A DNA stretch of 63,630 nucleotides, counting the filler, from Kipferlia bialata (taxonomy: Eukaryota), in the NCBI GenBank assembly GCA_003568945.1. It is 4 parts of 3 records of this genome, joined end to end, with 100 filler letters (N's around TTAATTAATTAA, not from the genome) between each part and the next. Parts side by side here need not be neighbours in the genome. Positions count along the whole stretch, not along the records: positions 1 to 27,674 come from BDIP01000065.1; 3 more parts are not named here. One strand, 5' to 3'. Positions 1 to 14,021 of the stretch are shown one piece after another (positions within the stretch are counted from its first letter, which is position 1; each line of letters begins with the position of its first letter). A program made the position numbers and the translations under genes. A model generated the notes under the pieces. It made no database searches. It saw only the letters and a list, made by a program, of their open reading frames with translations, and was not told the DNA's origin.

Positions 1-46
1 TGCCCACCCCCTCCCCTCCCCCCCCCCCCCCCCCCCCCCTTCCAGC

Positions 47-1127
47 TGACCCCAGTACTTCATGAACCAGGCTGCCGCTGGCCCCGTGCTCATGTGGGAG
101 GCTGAGGCCGGTGTGGATGCCGACGAGTTCCTCTGTCCCTCCGATGAGGACTTTGACATCTTCTATTGCGCCGACCTGGCCGATGCTGTCATCAACTGCT
201 ACAAGGGAAACAGTGCATGCACATCTGGTTCTCCAGAGACCTGGGTCTTCCAGGACACCACCGACTACCCCACCCTCAACGACTTCGAGGGTGCCCTTGC
301 CGAGGCCGAGTACGGCACTGTGCTTAGGGACGTGCTCGACAGGGGAGTGCTCGACATCTACTCCTACCCCGCTGGAGAGACCGGCAGCGAGACCTGGACT
401 GCGGTATGTAGTGGTGTTGACGAGTGTTCCTCCATTTCATATGGGTCCCTATGTCTCAGTCTTGGTGATGGTCACTGTCTTACCCCAGGACGGACTTGGC
501 AACATGATCTTCTACTCCGACGAGGCCCAGCTCCTCTACTACGCCACTTACCTCTTCTGGGAGACGTACGTTATAGTACTATGCGCTATCACCTATCTCG
601 CACACTCTATGCACCTTGTTCTGCTTGGTGTCTAGCCCATCCCCTCTTCCCCTCACCCCCAGCTACGGCATGCCCGTGACTGTCAACATCATCCAGGGTG
701 AGATTGAAGATGGCGACTTCACCGAGAACTTCGCCGCCTCCTCCTCCCACCTTGCCCAGGGCCACATGTCCCTGACCTCTGCCAGGGGCGAGTTCGTGTC
801 CTACCTGGGAGTGACTAGGTACATACACCACCCATAGGATGCTGAGGTGTTCCTCCACTCTGTTGCACTTCTCTTCCTTGTGCCCTCCCTTACTCCCAGC
901 CTCACCGAGATGACCCTCTTCTACAACACCGACCTGATCTCCGACCCCTCTGCAAGTGCCACTGAGCTGGCTGGCCAGAACATCTGTGTCGACACCGACT
1001 CCAACGGATCCATGACCATCAGGGCATACCTCGAGGAGAGGGACATCTCCTACACCGAGGTTCTGTGCGACAACAGCCGTTCTGTCACCGATGTCGATGC
1101 ATGCATGGACCTGGTTGCTGATGGAAG
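47..1127 (+). CDS. Partial multi-exon gene encoding periplasmic-binding-protein type 2 (SBP_bac_3-like) domain(s)
   Basis: Exons ~47-403, ~490-566, ~663-818, 900-1127 splice to ...GTVLRDVLDRGVLDI...GHMSLTSARGEFVSYLGVTSLTEMTLFY...ELAGQNICVDTDS...DVDACMDLVADG. This resembles ABC amino-acid-binding proteins (TLDKIKERGVL / ITITEERKKVVDFS / DLKGKKVGV). Both ends are missing. Confidence 0.6.
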
Positions 1128-1230
1128 GTAAGGAGAGAGAGGGTTGAGAGGGGGGGGGGAGGATAGAGACTAGAAGACTGGCAGAGGGTTACTCATCCCT
1201 ATCCCGTAAATGTATATACAGTGTACACAC

Positions 1231-3947
1231 CTCTTCCTGAGGACGGACGCCTCCTGCGCTATGCTCCTGGTCTCCCTGGTATCAGTATACACTAAAATTC
1301 ATGAATAATCACATCGAGCCAGACCATGTACTATATGATATAGTCTAGTACATACCAGGTGATCTGCTCCGTCTTTGCGTCGTCTGGTATATGGGGTGTC
1401 TCATCCTGCTCAGGGGGAGGAGAAGGGGGGGCAGGGGGAGAGGCCTCGTCTAGAGGGGTCTCCATAGCACCACCCTCATCCGGTAGCACCATCTCATCCT
1501 CCTCCTCCTCTTCCTCCCCGTCTGACACAGGGGGTGTCTCTCCCCCACTCAGCCGGTCATTAGAGGGGCCTGAGGGTCAGGGAGGAAGGTATGTATTCAA
1601 GAGCAAAACAGAGTATCCTCAATACAACCTGTACAAGAGTGAGAGTATAGTAGAATACCAGCCCACCTACAAACTGGGGCACAGGGGTGGATGTGTTGAG
1701 GTTGGTCTGATCCAGCCCTCTCTCCCTCTCAGGAGAGACAGACATTGTCACCGACCTCTCAGACTGTGCCCTCGACACAGGTTTAGACATGCGAGACCCA
1801 GGTCTGGAGGCCCTAGAGCCAGGTCTGGATAACCTCGACCTTCCACCCCTTCTCTCCCCCTCTCTGTCCTTCTTCACTGTCAGCACAGTGTAGGACACAG
1901 GGGGAAGGCCTCTCTCATCACGGACCCGGCTCCTGCTCATCACCATCTCTCTCTCCCTCTCCCTCTCCCTCTCAAGCATCCGTCTCTCGATCGCCCTCTC
2001 TCTCTCCCTCTCTCTCTCCTCCTCTAGGATCTCTCTCTCCCTCTCCTCCAGGTCGTCCAACTCCCTCAGCCGCCTCTCCTTCTCTCTCTCTATGGCCAGC
2101 AGCCTATCCCTCCCTGACTGCCTCCCCCTCTGACGCCTAGGCTCTCTCTGCACAGTATGTACATTATACTGGTAGGGGGACTGCACGCGTGGCTCCCTCT
2201 CCCTCTCTCTCTGCAGATCTACTCTTGCAGCACCTCTGTCCATGTATGAATGACCCTGGGACTCCCTCTCCCACTGAGCCTCTCTCTCCTCCTTCTCTTC
2301 CTCCCACCCCATCTCCCTCTGCCTCTCCCTCACCTCTGTGGGGCCTGCATAGTAGGGCACCTCCTGCTGTCTCCCTCTCTCCCTCTCCTGCTCCTCTTGG
2401 GTCATGGGCCTCTTCCTAGCAGACACAAAGGAGCACAGCCCAGGGATGACCTGGGGTGAGGGAGAGGGACCAGTTAGACATACACATGCGTTCATCCTAG
2501 ACATCTGACTCACCTCTGACCCGCAGTCTGACACCTCAACCTCCCTCACTGCCTCTCTCTCTCTCTCCCTAGTGGGGTATCTGTCTGTCTCGGGGGTCCC
2601 CCCTGTCTCTCTCACAGCAGAGGAGAGTGGGTGCCGCCCGTACTGACCCCCCTCCACACCCATACCCTCTCCATCTCCCTCTCCCTCTGTATCATGCATT
2701 CCTTGTGACATGAGGGGGTGGGACAGACCACGGGGGATGCGGGGCTGAGAGTCAGAAGGGGTATGGAGACATATATACACAATGGCTGGATATAGCTGTG
2801 TCCAGTAGCCTCAGATACCTGGTCTGGGAGTCTGTTGATGACATCTCTGGTACCGTCTAGGGATGACTGGTGGGTGTTCACACTGATATAAGAGGGGGGA
2901 TGATGTGAACGAAAGTGCCATAGACATGCACAGTGTATGTACTTATACCTTGGCACTCGTGTGTCGTTGAGTCTCTGCCTTGGTGGCATCCGCTGCATCT
3001 GCCTCTGCCTCTCTGCCCTCTCCTCCTCTGCCCTCTCTCTCTCTCTCTCTGCCTGGGCCTCCTCTGCCGCACTCCCATACCCCTCTCTGTCTCTGGCATT
3101 CTGAGGGTCAATGATGTATTAGTAGTACACTGGGTGACACATATAGAGCCGACGTATAGAGATAGGGGGGGGTGGTTAATAATAGTGACACAAAGAGGAA
3201 TATGTATGCATGTACATGATCATACTTGGAACTCTGCGTATGGGTCAGGCCCCTTCAGTGCCTTGTCCTCCCTGTCCCTGTCCCTCTCCCTCCTACCAGA
3301 CATGGGGCGGGTCCTGGCTGCACTCCTCTCTCTACCTGAGAGGAGACCCCCTGTGGGACTACCAACCTGGGTGTTGGTGAAGAGTCAGGAACAAAGAGGG
3401 GATGGAGGTAGGGAAGAGGGGGTGGGGAGTTATACCACACTACTGAGACGTCTGCGGTATGTCGAGTACATACACACTACCTCCGATGCACTCCTCTGCA
3501 GCTGACTACCCCTGTGCATCATCTTGGGGGTGGTGTCACGGGCTATCTGCTTCTCCCTCTCTCTATCCCTATCCCTCTTGGCAGGAGACACCTCACCCCG
3601 ACCCCCCTCTCTCTTCCTGTCCCTGCTAGGTGCATGGTATGACCTAGACTGCTCACTGGGCTGGCTACCTATAGGAGGTAGACCACTGGGGGTCAGAGAG
3701 AGAGATAGCATGGGGAGAGAGTGGCTAGGGGTACTGTCCCTTCTAGATGTCATGCAGATACATACCCTGGTGTCTCTGTGTACAGGTTCCCAATGTCATA
3801 GCGGTCAGGAAGCAGAGGTTTGAGATGCGACTGCTCTCTGTTGTGCTTGGGGGACAGGCCTCGGGCAAAGTCCCCCTCCCTCTCACTCTCCAGAGGCATG
3901 TCTAGGGGGGACTTGTGGAACCGGATGTCTCGCAGAGCATCGGCCAT
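1231..3947 (-). CDS. Multi-exon low-complexity (E/R/S-rich) coiled-coil protein of unknown function; 3' end not found
   Basis: ATG at 3947 (MADALRDIRFHKSP). Exons with canonical splice sites continue down to exon 1231-1275 (WETRSIAQEASVLRK). No recognisable domain. Confidence 0.6.
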
Positions 3948-4232
3948 AGCCTGCTAGGTCCAGGCCCAACAACAACTGGTATGCACACTCTCTTTAGGAC
4001 TCCACCTGCCACTCCCACTAACCACCCGTGTGTTCCCGAGGTGCTCTTAATGAGTGTAACCCGACTCTCCGCACTAGTAAACCCCTCTGTTTACCCCGCA
4101 ACCCCTCTCCTAGCCTATATGGAGTGACTTGGAGAGGCAAGAGTCGAAATCTCTGAGGATAACAGAAGGGTGTAGAGTGATAAGACAAAAAACTCGAGGT
4201 GAGTAGACATGCTTTGATGCTCTTCCGAAGAG

Positions 4233-4657
4233 ATGAGGCAGAACAACCTGTCCACTTACGTTGGGAAGCGCGTTCGCGTGACCATGAAGGGATGCATGGA
4301 GTGTACGTGAGTTTTTACGATATGAGGTGCTCTATTGAGGCAGGAAAATGCAATATTCTATAACTGTCTCCTGTTTTGTCTTCTTGTAGCCTTTCTGGGG
4401 CCGTTATGTATCATAGTCTGGCACATATATGACCATATGAGTTCTCCTCTCTGTTTTATGATCAGAGTCTCACTCCAGTCGTCGGTATGCTCGACTCTGT
4501 TGACCGTCTCTCCAACCTTGTCCTTAAGGATGCTACTGTGGGTGAGAACACATACCCCACTGTGGTGCTCAGGGGACCCCACCTCATCATGATCCACGAG
4601 GATGCCCCAGCCGCTGCTGTGGGTGGTGAGGGCCAGGACGTTGAGGTGATCGGATGA
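4233..4657 (+). CDS. Sm/LSm-fold protein, 82 aa (SmG/LSm7-like); absent from the ORF track
   Basis: Exons 4233-4302 and 4479-4657 give MRQNNLSTYVGKRVRVTMKGCMEFVGMLDSVDRLSNLVLKDATVGENTYPTVVLRGPHLIMIHED...*. Sm1 (G.L...D...NLVL.D) and Sm2 (VVLRG) motifs are present. Confidence 0.85.
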
Positions 4658-4979
4658 AGTGTCTGTAACGCACTGGCGAGCCAGTGGTGTGTGTGTGGAG
4701 TGATAGGGCAGGATTGCTGTTGTGGATACATCATTCGGGTGACGTACCTAGCGATGCCCCCCCCCCCCCTTCCCACATCCCCCTTTGTGCTGTTGAATTG
4801 TTTCCTGTCTCTGGCTATGCTTCCTGCATGGTTGGTGTGTGGAGGTACCCTTGTGCCTCTTAGGCTGTGTACGTGTGTCTGTGTGTGTCTTTGGAAGGCC
4901 ATTATGTTCACCCATTTGTTATGCAGTGGGGGTGTCAACAATAGACGATACTCCTTATTGTACCCTCACGACCTAGTGT

Positions 4980-7900
4980 CTATTCACCCATTCTGTCTCT
5001 CCCCCTTCTGAATGTGTCAATGACCTTGTCCAGCTCAGCATGGCCACCCATCTCCCTTTCCCTCATCCTCTCTCCCTCCCTTGTGTAGGATAGAGCATCA
5101 ACCAAGGAACGGGCACAGTCAGACCTGAGGGGTGAGAAGACATGCAAATATGCATGTGTGCCGGTCTGAGTGTACCCACTGTACAATACACCTATATATG
5201 TATGTATACACGTATGTATACGTACATGTATATTGTACACAACTGTGTGCCTGTCTGAGACAAAAAAAAAAACATACAGAGGATATATACATATACCGTG
5301 ACCCCACCTGTGTGCCTGCCTCAGGGTGGGCAGCACTGCACTCAGCTTGACCTCAGAGGGTATCACAGAGAGCAGGTCCTGAGGGTCAGGGGGGAATACT
5401 ATATATGCTAATGGGAAGCGTCTCTATGTATATACCATCCACCCCACCTTCATCCCGAGCCCCCTTCTGGGACATGCAGCAAGGGCCGCAACAAGGGCCA
5501 CAAAGCGATCGAGCCTGGGATCAGGACAAGTAAATGAACATCAATACTATTAGAAACCTATGGCAGTAAAACACAAATATGAATAATATGCTGACCTGAG
5601 GTGGTGTTCCGTCTCTCTCTCCCTCTCCCTCCTGGCCGATATGTCCCTCTTTGTTCTCTCCTTGGACCTGTTCCCTCTCCTGCCCTTCTTCATTCTCTCT
5701 CTCTCCATCTCGCGCCTCTCCCTCTCCCTCTCCCTCTCTGCCTCAAAGTCCGTGTACCCAGGCTCACGGGTCACCCAGTACCAGGCACCCTGGTGGGTAA
5801 GAGAGAGAGAGAGAGACTTAAAGATAATAGCATGGCAGTTGAAGATGTAATGAAGATACAGTAGCATCCCCCCACCTGCAGAGCCTCTCTGAGTCTGTCG
5901 AACCCTCTCTCCAATGCCTCTGCCTCCTCAGCGGAGATAGCACCCTCACCCCCTGCCCCAGACACTGAGCCCATGGGTGCACTCCGGTATCTCGCGTTGA
6001 CTGCGATGAAGGGGTCGGGGCTGCAGATCAGGTCCAGGAGCCACAGGTTGGTAGGGGCCCTGGGAGTGAGTGTATATAGCGCAAATACTGTCCACCCCAA
6101 CTATACTACTGAGTAACACTCTATGTATAAACTATACATATGAGTATATTTACATATCTACCTGCTGGCCACCGATGCCGTGTGCGTGGCCCAGTCCAGT
6201 CCAACAGCTAGGGCCTGGGGGGTCAGGGGGGATAACATCTCTTGACAAATACACAGCACAGGGAGAATGGTCACTGCAGTTTCGAGGCAACACTATGACT
6301 ATGTATATACATAGAGTGTCACTAGCGCCAGCCAATACTGCTACTGATACATACACTGATACGTACCCTGCCAGGGTCACTGTAAAGCTGACTCATCCTG
6401 CCCAGCAGGGAGACCACGGGCGAGTACCTGGGGGTGAGACCCTACATTGATCATCTTACTATACCCATTCAAACGACACCTATACACACGTAAAATAGTA
6501 TATGTGCATATGATATGTACCTGTTGCTGTCGCCCATGTCTGGGAGAGAGAGAGCAGGGAGAGAGAGAGACATGGACCCAGACACACTGGTCTCCTGGCC
6601 ACTCTCCCCACCCCCCACCAGACCCAATGACAACAGGGCCACACAGGTGGAGAGGAGACGCGTGATGCGGTCAGACTGAGTGCCTTCTGAAGGGGTCAGA
6701 GAGATCGGGAGGGAAGAGAGGCAAAGAATTACATCACACTACAACCCTAATCCTATTGAACTTATATATATCCACATCCACCCACCGTCTGCCCTGACAC
6801 TCATGAGACCCAGTCCCATCATGTCAATCTCCTGGGCAGTGTCGGTGTCAAGGCTGCTGAAGCCGCTGAGGTTAGACACTGTAGAGTCAAGAGCAGATAC
6901 GTATACTGAGGTGTATAACATATAACATAGATATGTGTAGTACAAGTACACAACAGTACCTGTAGTCCGTAGAGTATGCGAGTGACCCCAGCCTGTCTGT
7001 CTCACTCAGCATGTCAGTGGACAGGTGGGGCAGACCCTGCGAGTCGTCGTGGTTCTCAATCACCTGGGGGTTAGGACTTCATTATCTGTGATAGGAAAAC
7101 GATTCCACACTAGCATGGGCTACTACATGATATATGAAGCACGTATACACAACCATACCTTCTTGAGCGTTGGGTCTGGCATCAGTGCCGGTCTCAGAAG
7201 GGCAGGGGCTGCGTCGACCTGGGGTCAGGGACAGAAGGTGGAACAAGACCACTGGACATGAAGAATATAAAGATTAGCGTGTGAAGACCAGTAAATGGAT
7301 ACACTCAGCTGATGCAGCCGATCTACTTGCATACCTCAATGAGGGCGCAGTATATGGCCACAAGTGAGTGCAGTATGGGCCCCATCAGGTCTCTACCCAG
7401 CTCTCCCTCCCCCTTGGCGCCGTTTGATGTACGTCTAGAGAGAGAGAGAGACAGCTGCTCGAGGACTGCCTCTGCGACCAGTAGGAGGGAGGGAGTGGAT
7501 ATGATGGGAGCCGTGGGAGATATGGAGACTGCACCGTGTGAGTCACAGAGCGAGGTGGCCTCCCCTGCCACTCCCAGGGTGCGGAACACAGCATTCTTGA
7601 CAGACAGAGACATGGAGTCATCCTGGGGGGGTGAGTATAACAAGACAACCTGATCTGAGATAGCACTTGGTACTTGACTCTACCTGCAGCAGAGACAGGT
7701 AGACCCTTGCCAGGTCGAGTGGTCTGAGGGCAGCCAGCACTCTGACGCCAAAGGGCGCCCTGACCTCTGCCTCACTCTCAGGGGAGGCAGAGGCAGGCTC
7801 AGGCTGGGGGTGAGGATAACATAAATGAATGTACAGATACAGTATCCCACTAAACTACTAGATGTAGTACCTTGTTCTCCATCCAGGAGTACCGTGAGTG

Positions 7901-10900
7901 GAGTGGGGCATCGGCCTCTGCCTCTGCCTCCTCAGCCCTAGGGGTATCCACACCCTCAGTGGGTGAGTCTGGTCTGGACCCCTCCTCGGCCTCAGGGTCA
8001 CTAGAGTGAGAGGTATATAAATAGTCTCTGTCTATATCTAGTGATGTAAGGCAGTCTCAAGTCATATCGTACCTGCCACTGGCGCTCTTGTCCCTGGAGA
8101 GTATGACCACCTCCTGTGCATGTCTCCTGACCCCACCCTCTGACACACCCTCAGTCAGTATGAGTCTTGGCAGACCCCTAAGTACAGACACGAGCACAGA
8201 GGAGTCAACCTTCTCAAGCCTGGGGGTGAGTATGGCGACACAATCACTACCATAACCCTATTAGTCCTATAAGTAGCTGATGCCCCACCTCCTTCCAGCT
8301 GCACCCACACTGCCTGTCTGACACAGGGCAAAGAAGGACAGGACCTGGGGTGAGGGGGGAGAGAGAGAGAGAGTGAGAGAGAGAGAGAGAGGTAAAACCA
8401 TATCTACTACATATCATGTCTCAGAGTAAATATCAACACCACCCCCACCTCCAGCTGTGCCTGCACCCTCTGTCTGTGGGAGTCACTCCCTCCCTCTGCC
8501 TCTGTCTCGGCAAGGGTGTCTGGGTCAGAAGCCTCTCCCAGCTCCATCTCCCGCTCGGCCTAGGGTGAGAGAGACAGAGAAACACAAAAGATGCATGTAC
8601 ACTCAATTAGAGTGAGTACCTGCGCTGCCTCGAGTGTGACCACCGCTGTCATACTGACATCCAAGAGATCAGGGGGGGAGAGGGGGGCTAGGCCAGTACC
8701 GGCAAATACCCCCTCTATCCTGTCCGGACAGTTAACCACAGCTTCTAGGGCCATAGCATGTATGAGGGATACCCTCTGTCTGGCACAGGCCGCACTCTCT
8801 CCCTCAGTCACACCCACAGACCGCTGCACAGCCTAGGTGTCAGTTGCATGGATAGACACATTGAATAGCACGGCATTCTTTACATGAGGTATAGAGTACA
8901 GTCACACACCTCTATGTCTGAGAGTATGCCGGCACAGTAGAGACTGTAGGCAGGGGTGTACAGGGCGGAGGGGGAGAGGAACCTGGGGTGGGACAGATAT
9001 CAGTAACCTACTATTCACACTCCACTATTTGTCCTGACAGAATGCTTGGGATATAGACTTCTGAGGGAACATGTATGGCATATAGGTGTTTCTATATACT
9101 CCTTCCCACACCTGAGGTGTCTGAGTGCGTGTCTGCAGGGCATGTCACTCTGGACAAGGGCCATGGCAGAGAGAGAGGGCCTGGGGGGTCAGGGGGGGAA
9201 TGGACAGAGAGAGACAACCTGCAGTGCCTCTCACCTAGGGCAATACGCTTATATAATTATATATATACATAGAGAATATAGGTACTAATACCCTGAATAC
9301 CTTGGGCTGTGCAGTCTGAGCAGGGCCATGGCAATGACCCTCATACTGAGCCTGTGCACAGAGACACACGCATTGTACGTCACGTTCCTAGGGGGTTGGA
9401 TACTATGAATATAGCTAACCAAAAGAGATCCCCATCTGATACTCCCCACCTGTCTGTCTTGAGTGTCTGTCTCCCGGATAGCATATGTATACTGCTAATA
9501 CATACTGATACTCTATTAACACTCCGTACCTATCTGTCTTTAGTGTCTGTCTGCCACCCTCACTGACTGATGTGGCAGAGGGGGGGGAGAAGGAGAGAGA
9601 GCGCATCGCTAGCTCTGGGGGTGAGAACTGAGTCTATACCATATAGGAGTATCATAATACTTACACAACAAGTGACCACGGCACCCCTACCTGCGTTCTG
9701 TGCCACTGTGAGTGCCACTGCAGCCAGGAACAGCAGAGAGTGATCATGCACCACCACGTCTCTCTCTCTCTCTCTCTCCTTCTCCTTGGCCTCGTCACTC
9801 TCTCCATCCTCTGCGTCAGTCTCCTTGCTCTTCCGGCCCTTCTCTCCCCTGATGCCCCTGGCCTCCTGTCTCGCACGTCTCAGCGTCTGGAGGTGAGGGA
9901 GCGATACACATATAGTAACCACAGGAACACTGATTAGTGATTATGAAATAGCAAATCTATGTCGCACCTGCTGGATCTTGATCTGGGCCTGGATCTTCTG
10001 ATCCGCAAAGTCCCTGACATGAGTAACTCAATAACAAATAGAAAGAATGATACATGGAGAGACATAACCCACCTGAGTTGTGACACCAATGGTGTATCGT
10101 CCTCCATGCTGGGCCCCCTCTCCCTCTCCTCTCTCTCCCTCTCTGCCTCATCGACAGGGGTCTTGAATAGATTGCGAGGGGCGGCCAATTGACTGACAGC
10201 AGAAAGGGTGGCACCTGGGTGTGAGACAACATAGGGAACAGTATAGAGGAATTACTCTGTCTCACAAGTACATAATACAGATACATCGTATCTTGCATTA
10301 TATATATATATATATCCACCCACCTAGTGTCTGGGGCAGGGGTGCCAGGGACAACACGTGGACACTGCAGATGACCTCTCCAACACTGAGGGGTGAGAGG
10401 TGATGACAAGACATATAGGGTAAGCGAAAAGAGTACTTCTTCATTTGTCCTATAGATGATCCGGTACCTCTCCCCCCCTCTGTGTTCCTGACCCAGGGAC
10501 AGGAGGTGCTCCAACTCGACAAAGGGGTGGGAGCCTGTGGGTCAGTAGTCAACAAGAATAGACTCTTTATGGTGACTCACAATAAGCAAGCACCCTCACC
10601 TGCTGGTCTCTGTGGCCGACTGAGGCTCCCATCAGACCCAAGGACCAGGATCTGCAGGGCAACCAGTCTGAAGGGTGAGATCGTGCCTTGTCCATGTACA
10701 CACAATGCACACCAGTGTATCAGTAATAAGTCTTGCATCTACCTTGGACTGGCAATGTCACTTGAGGCCGATATGCTTGATATGTACTTGAGCCCTGCCC
10801 CCCCGGTCAGTGGTACAAGGGCCGAGATGGAGGACTCTGGGGTGAGAGGGTGTATATATCATATACTTATTGGGGTGAGGGGGTGTCACAAACCAGACTC

Positions 10901-13658
10901 TAACAAAATGAAAGTACTGCAAAAAGTAATAATATCACACGTGTATATTTGTATGTAAACCAGTATCCCTACCGACGTATGGCTCTGCCACTGCCATGTG
11001 TGTGTCCATGACAGATGGTGTATACTATGTATGTATGTATGCATATATATATTATGTGTACATGCCTACGTATGGCTCTGCCACTGCCATGTGCGTGTCC
11101 ATGACAGGCTGTAAGGCATGGGACACAGGGGCAGACCGGGACAGGGACGGGGCTGGGGTGAGGGGTATCCATGATGGAGCCACATACATAGCACAGCCAT
11201 ATATAATCTTGAGATTACTTATGTACCTGATGCACTTCCTGATCCAGACGGGTCTGAGGGGCTGAAGGGGAGGAGCCACGCCTGGAGGTGAGGGAACTGT
11301 ATACAAGAATAGAGGGCCTACGACACAGGTGTAGCTGAAATATATACTACCAACCTGCAGCTTCCCCTGGGAGATATATATATTGGCATATGATAGCTGA
11401 GATGTATGATGACACTTAATCATAATACAATGGGTACCTTACAACAATATCTGTCCCAACCTGCAGCTTCCCCTAGGCAATGCTGCAAAGACAGGGATTG
11501 AAAGATCCAATGACACCTGATACATACAATAGTATTCCTCACCTGCAGCTTCCCCTGTGCACTGCTGCTACTGGTGAAGTACAGCATGGGGGTAGAGACA
11601 GCCCAGGTGCACCGGTGGAGGTATGTCTCACCAAGCTTCCTAGATCCTGGGTGTAAACAGTAGCAGTGCATATATATATATATATATTTATACTTATGGT
11701 GTCTTATACCTGCTGCGCTGAGTGCATACACAGCCAGTCTCATGTTGACTGTGACAATGAGTCTGCAGGTGGAGGTCCCTGCCCCATCACCCACCAGGCT
11801 GGCAGCCACAACTCTGGGGGTGAGGTATGTAGACATGTATATATATACACACACACATATACGTATGAATGTATACCTTGTCCTGGGTGGGAATGCCCTG
11901 TACAGCACCATCATGAGGGACAGGCTCTCTCTCCCCCTGCCCCCCTCCCCCTCTGTCTGCACTCTGACAGGTGTATCTAGGATGAAGGGAGACATGATCT
12001 CAGCAGAGGACAGCTCGTTGCTGGTACCCTTCCTGGACCTAAGGGGTCAGACAAACACACCCATCCATATATACATAAAAAAAAAAATACACACACACAT
12101 ACACTAATAGAGATAAGGAGAGGGAGAGATAGAGAGAGAGAGACATATGACTGAGTGGTGCTACCTGGGGTGCAGGCCTGCAAAGTACGTGTCTGATATG
12201 GGGCACATGGCTGTGGAGTCACTGCCGGACAGGAGGTGAAAGGCCATCACTGCAGTCAGTAAATACGTGTACATGGTGAGTTCATATGTAGTGTGTATTA
12301 GTTGACCCCCACCTGTGTTCTCCCTGGATATTGCTATGAATGTGCCTCTGATTGTGACCACCGCACATGGCGTGTGTCTGTCCTTGCCAGAGGCAGGTGA
12401 TGCACAGAGGTACTCGGAGAAGACAGGCAGTCTGAAGCACACGGTGGGGGTCCAGCTGACACCCTGGGACACAGAGGCAGTCTCTGTGCTTGGTACACTG
12501 ATACTAGGCCTAGTACTGACACTGACACTGGCCAGGGCAAAGACGTGGCAGTGGTGGGCAATGATGATGGCTGGGGGTTAGGAGGCAGAGGGCATCGGCT
12601 TATACATGGTTGCATAGATGAATATTAATACCAGAATGCATATATGAATATATATATAGGTGTGCGTATCCATACCTATTTGCGCTGTCTCTGGGCAGAG
12701 TGACAGGGGTGACACGTCAGTGAGGGATAGGGATGGGGGCATCACCAGCTGTGTGATGTGGAGCCCCTTCTCTCTCTCCCCGTCCCTCTCCCCAAGCACC
12801 CCACTGAATGTACCTGCGTCATGTCTATGGACAGTCACACCCCTGCCATCCTCGGGGGTAGAGGCCAGCCTCCAGTCCTAAGAGGGTCGGAGAAGATGGG
12901 TGCCATATAAACCCACTATACACACAATATACATTTGAAACACATACATACCTGGTATATGCAGAGAGAGAGTCCTTCCCTCCCCCCCTGCCTGTATCTC
13001 TCTCTCTCCATCTCCAATGTCACCAGGGTGTCTGTCTGGGGGACATAGACCAGAGACAGCACATAGCCTGCGGTCAAGGGGATATATACAAATGACACAG
13101 AGGCCACATAGAAGGGGGAGGATACATATATATATAGAGAGAGGGTTGGCTATTGTAACACTCACCTAGGGACTGGAATACAACCTGGGCCCGTCTGCTG
13201 TGGCCCTGGGGGTGAGTAGTATGGGTACCCTGAGACATAGCATAACATCCCATCACACGATACACCCAGGAGATATACACACTAGCCTTGTATATCTCGA
13301 TGTCCCCATTCCTCAGTGCCACTATGACCAGTGGCCCGTGGCATGCAACCTGGGGTGGGGGGGAGTGACTAGACTGATACGAGTATGGGAAGAGAGAAGC
13401 ACATGGGTTGGGGAGGGGGGGAGGGGGGCAGTATCGATACAGCCAACAAGGAAATGAATATGTCTCGGGTATGTACAGACCACATGTGTAATCGAGAATA
13501 GCATAGTAGAGATACATAATCAACACCGATATAGAATAGAGTACTGATTCCACGATCCAAGTATTATACACTTACACACATCCACCCACCTGCAATGGGA
13601 CCCCCTCTATGTCCAGGACAGAGTCCGTGCTGAACAGATCCAGAGACAGCTCATGCAT
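4980..13658 (-). CDS. HPS3: Hermansky-Pudlak syndrome 3 (BLOC-2 subunit) homologue, many exons
   Basis: Spliced N-terminus MHELSLDLFSTDSVLDIEGVPLQVACHG...FQSLGYVLSLVYVPQTDTLVTLE matches the HPS3 N-terminus as recalled (LHPFGSQQVV...[23 protein letters not shown]). C-terminal DLLSVIPSEVKLSAVLPTL matches the recalled FLNVLPEDGTATFFLPYL. Confidence 0.7.
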
Positions 13659-14021
13659 CGATAGAGAGTCTCAGTCCCTCACTCTCAGTCTCTTTAGTAC
13701 TAGCCAAGCACCCAGCCTCACACACCAGACCCCTCTTTTCTCCAAAGCACTGTCCCTGCACTACCTCAGCTGTGCACTTGAGACACCCAGGGTCCTGTGT
13801 CCGCTCCGAGACGTGCTATTGAGAAGGGCCTCCTCAGAGTGAGATCAGGCTGGAGTATAAGGGTCTCGTGAACCGTTTTTGGCATCTAAAGCAGAGAGGT
13901 CAGTCCGCTCTTCTAAGGTGTGCGCAGTCATACCCCACTAACCGAGCACTTGTAGTGATCTCTGAGCAGTTACCGGCACACCACCTTTATTTAGCGGGCA
14001 CTGCCGAGCACAGCCTAGGCG

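Noticed and set aside
838..846. Possible 9-nt microexon (TAG|GATGCTGAG|GT)
   Set aside because: A single 819-899 intron already keeps frame; the alternative needs a 19-nt intron.
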